Under the pieces are notes generated by a model. That model was given only the letters and a program-made list of their open reading frames with translations. It did not search any database and was not told where the DNA came from. The translations under genes were made by a program, and so were the position numbers. A DNA stretch of 64,000 nt from Candidatus Omnitrophota bacterium (lineage in GTDB: Bacteria > Omnitrophota > Gorgyraeia > Zapsychrales > JANLHA01): NCBI GenBank assembly GCA_038222225.1, contig JBBRHV010000002.1, positions 12,484 to 76,483 on the forward strand, given 5' to 3'. Position 1 is the first letter of the stretch, and the number at the start of each line of letters is the position of its first letter. Positions 57,247 through 64,000 of this stretch are shown here, piece after piece.

Positions 57247-58035
57247 TTACCGCCTTTGCCGTAAAGCTTCATAAACAAGAATCGCGGCTGTGTTGCTGAC
57301 GTTCAGCGAATCCGCTTTACCGCGCATCGGAATAGACATTCTCACGTCCGCATGTTGAACCCAAAAATCCCTGAGGCCCTTGTCTTCAGAACCCAAGACC
57401 AACGCGACCGCTCCCCTTAAATCGGTCGTATCATAGCTTTGCCGGCCGTCAGGGGTTGCCGCAATAATTTTTATGCTTAGTTTTCTTAAAAAATCATACG
57501 CTTCGGAAATACTAGCCTGCATGATCCTCATGGAAAAAACCGTTGCCGTGCTGGACCGGATCACATTCGGATTATACACATCCGTCCTTGAATCAGCTAA
57601 AATCACAGCATCCACGCCAGCCCCGTCACAGCTCCTTAAAATGGCGCCCAAGTTGCCGGGCTTTTCAAGCTGATCCAGAACAACGATCAAAGGCCCAGAC
57701 GTCAATCCGTTTTCACTTAAGATATGCTTGGCAACACGGCATGTCCCCAAAACCCCTTCTGCCCGCTGGCCGAAACACATTTTCTCGAACACCAGACGCG
57801 AAACCTCTGTCAACTCCCGCCCCCAAGAACGGACCTCATCACAGGCGGTCTGCCCGCCAAAAGATTCCAGAATATCAAAACACACAAAAATCTCATCGAT
57901 CTCTGCCCGGCTTGCATGAGCCCGCTGCAGTTCTCTGAACCCGTCAATAACCGTTAAACCGAAAAGATCACGGTATTTTCGATGCTTCAGTTTTCCAACA
58001 TGTTTGATGCGAGGATTCGCCGTACTGCTGATCAT
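57247..58035 (-). CDS. TrmH/SpoU family RNA methyltransferase
   Basis: ISSTANPRIK, EKPGNLGAILRS, GSEDKGL, IPMRGKADSLNVS. Confidence 0.93.
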   Translation of the reverse strand: MISSTANPRIKHVGKLKHRKYRDLFGLTVIDGFRELQRAHASRAEIDEIFVCFDILESFGGQTACDEVRSWGRELTEVSRLVFEKMCFGQRAEGVLGTCRVAKHILSENGLTSGPLIVVLDQLEKPGNLGAILRSCDGAGVDAVILADSRTDVYNPNVIRSSTATVFSMRIMQASISEAYDFLRKLSIKIIAATPDGRQSYDTTDLRGAVALVLGSEDKGLRDFWVQHADVRMSIPMRGKADSLNVSNTAAILVYEALRQRR

Positions 58036-59237
58036 GATGCCTTCGCCGCCTGTTTTAAAATGCCTGCCACTCCCTGATTGAGACAGAACTGTTGTGTCTT
58101 CCAAGACTTTACAATTTGAGCGCGATAGGTTTTCCAAAGGTCTGCATAGGTTTCCCAACCCATCTTGGGCCCGTGACGATTGACCCACGGTGCGTTCGGA
58201 AAATAACTATAGATGCCATCGGGAAACATATGACTCTTGATCGCTTTAAATGTCCAATATGTCCAATGAAACCCCGCCTGATTAAAACAATCCAAAAGAT
58301 CAATCAGCCACAGGTCCTCCCCCCATTCTCCGGCGCGGGAGTTGACCCCGAATTCTCCGACCAATACCGGCCGCTTTTTCTTTTGGGCATACGTCCGATA
58401 CTGATCAACCATCCGCTTTAAGGTGTTCCGGTTAAAAACGCCCTCCTTCGACCGCAAAGGATATCTCAACTCCGGAATAAAATTAAAAGTGAATTCGATC
58501 GGATGATAAAAATGAATGCTGAAAGCCAGCTGATCATCATCAAAATCCTCCAGCCCCTCCAGATCCATCGCCCACCGGTTGCCCTCCACAAAAACAATCT
58601 GTCTGGAGCCGGCCGAACGAATGGCCTGAATCGCCTTCTTATAAAACGCATTCAGCTTTTTGACATCCTTGACGACCGCTTCATTCAAAAGATCATATCC
58701 GGCGACTGCCGTATGGTCTTTATAGCGATCCGCCAAATATCCCCACACCGCACAGGCCCTTTGCTGATAACGCAAAGAATTCCAGAATTGCGCCTTCCCC
58801 AAAGAATCAGAATGCCAATCATGATTCTGCGCACCGGGAGCCGCATGCATATCCAGGATAACCTTCACATCAACATCTTTAGCCCATCGGAGGGCCCGAT
58901 CAAGATGCGCCACGCCCGCTGGATTGATTTTAAAAGGCGCCGCTTCAATCAAACCACAATGAAACGGCAGACGGACACAGTTAAAACCCAATTGTTTAAC
59001 CCGCTCAAAATCTGCGCGCTGAATAAACTGCTGCTCAAAAGCCTGTTCAAAATCTGCCAGCGCGTTTTTTCCCAGCCTTTGAGCAAAATCTTTTTTAAAG
59101 GCCTGAACCGCAATATTGCGGGCACCCATAATATAGCCTTCCATCATCAGCCATCCGCCGAAATTGACACCCTTAAGCTGAACCGGATTTCTACCGTCTA
59201 TGATCTTCCCGTTACAAATGTGCATACTCTTCATCAT
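58032..59237 (-). CDS. Glycoside hydrolase family 5 (no signal peptide)
   Basis: GVNFGGWLMMEG, FNCVRLPF, LDMHAAPGAQN, YDLLNE (acid/base), HFY, VGEFG (nucleophile), WTYW. Confidence 0.9.
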   Translation of the reverse strand: MMKSMHICNGKIIDGRNPVQLKGVNFGGWLMMEGYIMGARNIAVQAFKKDFAQRLGKNALADFEQAFEQQFIQRADFERVKQLGFNCVRLPFHCGLIEAAPFKINPAGVAHLDRALRWAKDVDVKVILDMHAAPGAQNHDWHSDSLGKAQFWNSLRYQQRACAVWGYLADRYKDHTAVAGYDLLNEAVVKDVKKLNAFYKKAIQAIRSAGSRQIVFVEGNRWAMDLEGLEDFDDDQLAFSIHFYHPIEFTFNFIPELRYPLRSKEGVFNRNTLKRMVDQYRTYAQKKKRPVLVGEFGVNSRAGEWGEDLWLIDLLDCFNQAGFHWTYWTFKAIKSHMFPDGIYSYFPNAPWVNRHGPKMGWETYADLWKTYRAQIVKSWKTQQFCLNQGVAGILKQAAKAS

Positions 59238-59245
59238 CCAGGCTC

Positions 59246-60061
59246 TCAATCTGTAAAATACTTCTTTAAAAAGGCTCTGATACCGCCTTCAAATATTTCG
59301 TTGGCTTCTGAATAGCCCTCATTGTGCGAACCTGAAATCTTCAAGAGCTCTTTCGGGACAGGCGCTGCCTCATAAAGTTTAAGGGCCATTTTGTAGGGGA
59401 TCATTTCATCCGAGGGGGAATGAATCAGCAGCTTCGGAACGATAACTCTTTTAATTTTCGATAAAGAATCCATGCGGGTCTTAACCATAAATCCCGGAGC
59501 GATCGGCAAAATTCTTTTGGCCATCTCCCTTGCCGATGTAAAGGCGGACTCCAGAATTAAACCGTTCACAGGGCGTTGCGTGGCTAAATCCACCGCTGCT
59601 GCCCCGCCTAAGGAAACGCCATAGCCGATGATCTTATCCTGCCGGATGTCCTTGCGCGTTTTTAAATAATCAAAGGCCGCCTGAGCATCCTGATACATTC
59701 CCTCTTCACTGGGTTCTCCCTGGCTCAGTCCATATCCTCTGTAATCAATGATAAAAACATTCACCCCGATATGATGAAGAACGGTCAGCCTATCCATGCG
59801 ATTGCTGATATTACCGGCATTCCCGTGCAAAAAGATCAACGTCGGTACCCGGCCAGACCATTCCGCGGCCTTGAGGAACCACCCGTTTAGACTCACCCCA
59901 TCTTTTGTTTCAAAAAAAATATCTTCATATTCAAGGCCGACATCAGAAGGAAAAAAATCAACATACGTCGATGGCAAAAATACGCTTCGCCGTTCAAGCA
60001 GCCTCACATATCCAAAAAGACTCAAAAAAAGCACAATGATCAATCCCACGACTTTCATCAT
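59246..60061 (-). CDS. Membrane-anchored alpha/beta hydrolase (ABHD13/BEM46-like)
   Basis: HGNAGN, DYRGYGLS, GVSLGG nucleophile elbow, DEMIP, GSHN. Confidence 0.9.
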   Translation of the reverse strand: MMKVVGLIIVLFLSLFGYVRLLERRSVFLPSTYVDFFPSDVGLEYEDIFFETKDGVSLNGWFLKAAEWSGRVPTLIFLHGNAGNISNRMDRLTVLHHIGVNVFIIDYRGYGLSQGEPSEEGMYQDAQAAFDYLKTRKDIRQDKIIGYGVSLGGAAAVDLATQRPVNGLILESAFTSAREMAKRILPIAPGFMVKTRMDSLSKIKRVIVPKLLIHSPSDEMIPYKMALKLYEAAPVPKELLKISGSHNEGYSEANEIFEGGIRAFLKKYFTD

Positions 60062-60073
60062 AAGCCTATCCTA

Positions 60074-60484
60074 TCATGTTTTCTCGTTATCTCTTTTACG
60101 CTGAGGAATTAAAGAAACCATCAGATTAATCGAACGGATAATCTCCTCCATATGACATGGTTTCGTTAAATAATGATCCGCCTGCAGTTTAAATCCCCGC
60201 TTCACGCTCTCCAGCTCATCATTGGCTGAAACAATAATGACCGGCTGCCATTTTTCTGACGGCGGATTAGCGCGAAGCCGCTCTAAGACCTCAAACCCAT
60301 GCATTCCCGGCATGGTCAAATCCAAAAGGATCACATCCGGATCTTCTAAACAGATCTTGTTCCAGGCCGCCTGCCCATCAAGGGCTTTAACCACCTCAAA
60401 CCCGGCCTCGGCCACCTTTTTAGCCATGATATTAAGAACGTCCTCTTCATCATCTGCCATCAAAACCTTGATCGGAACATCCAT
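60074..60484 (-). CDS. Single-domain response regulator
   Basis: ADDE, PDVILLDLTMP, S, YLTKP. Confidence 0.92.
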   Translation of the reverse strand: MDVPIKVLMADDEEDVLNIMAKKVAEAGFEVVKALDGQAAWNKICLEDPDVILLDLTMPGMHGFEVLERLRANPPSEKWQPVIIVSANDELESVKRGFKLQADHYLTKPCHMEEIIRSINLMVSLIPQRKRDNEKT

Positions 60485-60493
60485 TGAAACCCC

Positions 60494-60964
60494 CTACTTC
60501 TTGATTGATGTATAACTGTCCATATCAAAATGAATTTCCTGAACCGGCTTAGCGATCTTATCAATCCCGACACCGGCTTTAGCGAAAAATTGCGTGGCCA
60601 GCGTATCATGAAAATCAGAAAAGGTCACAACCCGCTTGATCCCTGCGGCAATGAGCGCTTTCGAACATGTCGTGCAGGGCATTGTTGTCACATACGCAGT
60701 CGAACCGTCAACAGAACTCCCGTTTCTCGCGGCCTGCATTAAGGCATTCATTTCAGCATGATTCGTGCGTATACAGTGATTTTCAACCACCAGACAGCCC
60801 ACATCTTCGCAGTGGTCATCTCCGGGAATCGATCCATTATATCCGGTGGCAATCACATTGCGCCCTTTAACCAAAATACACCCGCAATGCATACGAGGGC
60901 ACGTGGCCCGTTCGGAAGCCAACATGGCAAGCTTCATAAAATATTGATCCCAATCTGGTCTCAC
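60494..60964 (-). CDS. dCMP deaminase / ComEB family
   Basis: RPDWDQYF, TGYNG, HAEMNA, PCTTC. Confidence 0.92.
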   Translation of the reverse strand: MRPDWDQYFMKLAMLASERATCPRMHCGCILVKGRNVIATGYNGSIPGDDHCEDVGCLVVENHCIRTNHAEMNALMQAARNGSSVDGSTAYVTTMPCTTCSKALIAAGIKRVVTFSDFHDTLATQFFAKAGVGIDKIAKPVQEIHFDMDSYTSIKK

Positions 60965-61052
60965 CCGCTCCTCCTTTATATAAGCATAAGAATACTATTT
61001 TAATACATTTTATTTTATCAGAAGCCCTTGCCTTTGGAAAGAACCGCCGGCA

Positions 61053-61303
61053 TTTTTTACGGCGAAGCTGTGAACCGTCCTAACAATTCACATCGATCCA
61101 ATCTTACCTTTCAGAATATCCGCAAATTCGACAATGAACGGAACATCGATCTCTTTAAAATGAGCCTTCATTTTTTAAACCGGAAATCCGGAAACCCATG
61201 TCCACATAAAGCGCCAAACGCTCATAGCGGATCGGGCAAAACGCTTTCGGTACTACAGCATATCAAGAAGGGTCCTGCTATCTTTACCGCTGGAAACCGC
61301 TAC
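61053..61303 (-). pseudogene. ttcA: Degraded ttcA-like (PP-loop tRNA thiolase) fragment
   Basis: Across frameshifts it reads VAVSSGKDSRTLLDML*YRKRFA / IRYERLALYVDMGF / MKAHFKEIDVPFIVEFADILKGK / DVNC*DGSQLRRK. This matches the SGGKDS PP-loop, the VDxGF motif and a decayed CxxCSxLRR motif. Confidence 0.75.
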
Positions 61304-61722
61304 CCAACTTCGCTGCGTTCTCCGCTGTTAAATTTACTTTCGTTGATTGCCTTGCGGATCGTGCTCAGAAGCTCAGGAAGATAGATCGGCTTTGCAACCG
61401 CCCGGTACTCTTGACCATGGATTTCTATACGCTTTTTTCCCTCTTCCTCCAAAAGCACCGACATAAAAACAATCGGAATCTGCTGCGTCTTAGGATCTTC
61501 TCTTAGTTCCTTTGCCAAGTCGCCTCCGCTTTGGTCAGGAATCATAATATCCAGAAGAATCAAGTCCGGCTGATGGACTCTGGCAAGCTCAAGCCCCTTA
61601 CGGGACTCCAGCGCTGTGATCACCTCATATCCATGAGCTTTCGGCAAGCATTTTTCCAAAAGCCGTAATATGCCCGGATCATCATCTACGATCAAAATTT
61701 TTTTCTGTTTGTTCTGAGACAT
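61300..61722 (-). CDS. Single-domain response regulator
   Basis: KILIVDDD, PDLILLDIMIP, IPIVFMS, AKP. Confidence 0.9.
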   Translation of the reverse strand: MSQNKQKKILIVDDDPGILRLLEKCLPKAHGYEVITALESRKGLELARVHQPDLILLDIMIPDQSGGDLAKELREDPKTQQIPIVFMSVLLEEEGKKRIEIHGQEYRAVAKPIYLPELLSTIRKAINESKFNSGERSEVG

Positions 61723-62226
61723 TTATTGCTTTTTGTAAAGTCCGATCAGTTCTGCTTGATCCAGCAGATGACCTTCCATCGCCTTAAGAACATTCTCTTT
61801 GGTCAATCCCGGTACCAAATTCAAATCCGCATCCAAAGCATACAGCTTAAAAAAATACCGGTGCGTTCCCGAAGGCGGACATGGCCCCCCATAATCCTTT
61901 TTCTGGAAATCATTGATTCCCTGAATGCCCGGAATCTCTCCGCGGCTGATAACCTCTCTGGGCGTTATCCCATAGACAACCCAATGGATCCAGATCCCCA
62001 CCGGGGCATCCGGGTCATCCACGATCAAAACCAGCTGCTGTGTCTTGTCAGGAATACCCGCAATATACAATTCCGGGCTAACATCTTCCCCCTGGCAGGT
62101 AAATTCCTGCGGGACCATGCCGTTCTGCTCAAAACTCGGGCTGGTCAGTTCCATGGTCCACCCTCCTGTAGCCATACCCATCAATATCCCTGCGGTCAAA
62201 AAACTTAGCAAACAAAACCTCTGCAT
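61723..62226 (-). CDS. YbhB/YbcL (PEBP/RKIP-like) family protein with signal peptide
   Basis: DDPDAP, HWVVY, YGGPCPP, HRYFFKLYALD. Confidence 0.93.
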   Translation of the reverse strand: MQRFCLLSFLTAGILMGMATGGWTMELTSPSFEQNGMVPQEFTCQGEDVSPELYIAGIPDKTQQLVLIVDDPDAPVGIWIHWVVYGITPREVISRGEIPGIQGINDFQKKDYGGPCPPSGTHRYFFKLYALDADLNLVPGLTKENVLKAMEGHLLDQAELIGLYKKQ

Positions 62227-62235
62227 GAACTCCTC

Positions 62236-62634
62236 CTATAATTTCTCCACCAACACATCGATCAAACCAACCTTCGCCGAACTGATCCTTTTAAACGCTG
62301 CCGTGGTCAGATCAATGACCCGCCCTTGGCGGACAAACCTTCGATGCGGACCGCGGTCATTAACACGGACAATAACAGATTTTCCATTTTCCTTATTCGT
62401 TACTCTTAATTTTGTTCCGAACTTAACGCCCCAAATCGCCGCCGTCATGGCCTGATCATTAAAACTCTCATTATTTGCTGTGGTCTTACGAACCCCCGAA
62501 TCATTGCGGGAATACCATGAGGCCTGTCCATGCAGCGGAAATTCAAAGATGATCGGCGCGGAATGCACCGCATAATACCACCACCCCATTCCCAGCAAAA
62601 GGATTGTGAATTTAAGGCGAGTTCTTTTGTTCAT
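62236..62634 (-). CDS. rlpA: RlpA family lytic transglycosylase (DPBB domain only)
   Basis: GQASWY, TANNE, MTAA, VRVNDRGP, RVIDL; no SPOR domain. Confidence 0.88.
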   Translation of the reverse strand: MNKRTRLKFTILLLGMGWWYYAVHSAPIIFEFPLHGQASWYSRNDSGVRKTTANNESFNDQAMTAAIWGVKFGTKLRVTNKENGKSVIVRVNDRGPHRRFVRQGRVIDLTTAAFKRISSAKVGLIDVLVEKL

Positions 62635-62660
62635 ATAGCTTTTCCGATAAAATCGATTTT

Positions 62661-62689
62661 ATTGTAACCTGTAATCACAAACTCAACAA
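62661..62689 (-). promoter_or_regulatory. Sigma70-type promoter for the rlpA operon
   Basis: TTGTTG-17nt-TACAAT, abutting a perfect 16-bp palindrome at 62647..62662. Confidence 0.55.
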
Positions 62690-62765
62690 GCAGATTCTCG
62701 AAACAAACATTAAACACCCTGTTTTTTGCAAGTTGTTCTCAACCAAAAATTTACGACATCTCCCC

Positions 62766-62794
62766 TTGCTCAACCTTCCTGGACAAGCTATACT
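62766..62794 (+). promoter_or_regulatory. Sigma70-type promoter for the PIN-PhoH gene
   Basis: TTGCTC-17nt-TATACT. Confidence 0.55.
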
Positions 62795-62813
62795 TCAAAT
62801 AGGATACTTTACG

Positions 62814-64000
62814 ATGAGCCCAAAGCCCAAAAAAATCTTTGTTCTTGATACCAATGTCATCCTGCATGACAGTTCCTGCCTGTACCACTTTAAAGAGCAT
62901 GATGTTGCCCTGCCAATCACGGTCATTGAAGAACTGGACCAATTCAAAAAGGGAAATGAAACCATTCATTATCATGCCCGTCATTTCCTGCGGGTGATCG
63001 ATAAGCTCAGTGAGGACCATCTGTTTAACGGCGGCGTTGCTATTGGCCCCAAACACGGAAAATTTTCCATCCTTTTACAGCAAATCCCGCATAAAAACCT
63101 TACCATGCATTTTGCGCAGGACAAGCCGGACAACAAAATCCTGAATGCCGCTTACTGCCTATCTAAAAAGAACACAAAACGAAAAGTTGTGCTTGTCAGC
63201 AAAGACGTCAACTTACGAATAAAAGCCAAATCTGTCGGCCTGACCGCCGAAGATTATACCAACGATTATGTGCACGATATTTCAGAGATCTATAAAGGAT
63301 ACCGCTTCGAGGAAAATGTTTCTGTTGCGGTGATCGATAAAATGTATTCCAAGCCGTTTTTAATCAGCCCCAAAGAATTAAAGACCAAAAAAAAGCTCCT
63401 TCCCAATGAATATGTGATCATGCGCAATGACCAAAAATCCGCGCTCGGCCACTATGACCCTGAAACAGAGAACATCCACCGCATCCAAAAATTGTCGGCC
63501 AACGGCATCAAACCGCGCAACGCAGAACAGGCCTTTGCCCTGCATGCCCTGTTAAATGAAAATATTAAACTGGTCACGATTTCCGGAAAGGCCGGCACCG
63601 GAAAAACGCTCCTGGCCCTGGCCGCCGCAATGGCCTGCCGGAACAATTACGGTGAAGTCTTTATCGCTCGTCCTGTCATGCCTTTGAGCGGAAAAGACTT
63701 GGGATATCTGCCGGGAAGCGTTGCGGAAAAACTCAATCCGTATATGCAGCCGCTTTATGATAATCTCGGAGTTGTGCGTAAAGAACGCATCGAATCAAAC
63801 CTCAAAAGCAGCAAAGTCCTCAAACTTCTAGAGGAAGAAAACATTGTGATCGCGCCTTTGGCCTATATCCGCGGCCGCAGTTTAGTCGACATCTATTTCA
63901 TTGTGGATGAAGCGCAGAACTTAACGCCGCATGAAGTCAAAACAATCATCACCCGCGCGGGCGAAAACACAAAAATGGTCTTTACCGGAGACATCTTCCA
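62814..64000 (+). CDS. PhoH family protein with N-terminal PIN domain (PhoH2/YlaK-like); runs off window
   Basis: Manual translation MSPKPKKIFVLDTNVILHD...VIEELDQFKKG...DNKIL...SKDVNLRIKA...GKAGTGKT...GYLPG...RGRS...DEAQN...GD. Not in the ORF track because there is no stop in the window. Confidence 0.95.
   Translation, partial: MSPKPKKIFVLDTNVILHDSSCLYHFKEHDVALPITVIEELDQFKKGNETIHYHARHFLRVIDKLSEDHLFNGGVAIGPKHGKFSILLQQIPHKNLTMHFAQDKPDNKILNAAYCLSKKNTKRKVVLVSKDVNLRIKAKSVGLTAEDYTNDYVHDISEIYKGYRFEENVSVAVIDKMYSKPFLISPKELKTKKKLLPNEYVIMRNDQKSALGHYDPETENIHRIQKLSANGIKPRNAEQAFALHALLNENIKLVTISGKAGTGKTLLALAAAMACRNNYGEVFIARPVMPLSGKDLGYLPGSVAEKLNPYMQPLYDNLGVVRKERIESNLKSSKVLKLLEEENIVIAPLAYIRGRSLVDIYFIVDEAQNLTPHEVKTIITRAGENTKMVFTGDIF

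Noticed and set aside
30-63646. Many short antisense or alternative-frame ORFs in the ORF track (e.g. 2302..2859, 31500..32057, 58503..59315, 61028..61384, 62751..63056)
   Set aside because: They overlap well-supported genes or the ttcA remnant and have no recognisable motifs, so they are shadow ORFs.
1-64000. CRISPR arrays, IS elements, prophage, integrase or defence island
   Set aside because: No spaced direct repeats and no transposase, integrase, phage or restriction/defence-like ORFs were seen. The tRNA-Gln is not followed by an integrase or an att duplication.
1-64000. Stop-codon reassignment suggested by the in-frame TAA in the PIN/TRAM gene and TAGs in ttcA
   Set aside because: TAA, TAG and TGA all end intact conserved genes at the expected positions, and the ttcA remnant also has frameshifts.

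Overview
A 64-kb, gene-dense chromosomal region of mostly core genes from a diderm (LPS-containing) bacterium, with most genes on the minus strand. The inferred lineage is the PVC superphylum, most plausibly Candidatus Omnitrophota. This rests on the LpxC-FabZ fusion, LpxI, a zinc-ribbon SpoVG, McsA/McsB/ClpC and a Bacillus-like gene order, and was not checked against a database. Content: partial maf, pyrE; comF-lptF-lptG; a long minus-strand run (hisG, bS22-like sORF, TPR, ispE, spoVG, tRNA-Gln, glmU, prs, rplY, pth, rpsF, ssb, rpsR, rplI, dnaB, bamA, skp, lpxD, lpxC-fabZ, lpxA, lpxI, lysS, lolCE, lolD, ilvE, mcsA, mcsB, clpC, radA, PIN-TRAM, ispD, ispF, cysE, cysS, tmk, holB, ricT, metG, mtnA, thiL, tsaE, tsaB, alr); a SurA/PpiD-like chaperone; dinB-rtcB, rmuC, pgeF, cutA, tlpA; an RNA-modification/ABC-F/GH5 operon; and a partial PIN-PhoH gene. 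I found no CRISPR array, IS element, prophage or defence island, and no clear-cut novel multi-gene system. The best leads are: an unexplained ~125-nt structured RNA between tRNA-Gln and glmU; a membrane-anchored CysE preceded by a 21-aa transmembrane sORF; a dinB-rtcB pair with a palindromic operator; several apparently leaderless transcripts; unannotated sORFs; an in-frame stop in the PIN-TRAM gene; and a ttcA pseudogene.
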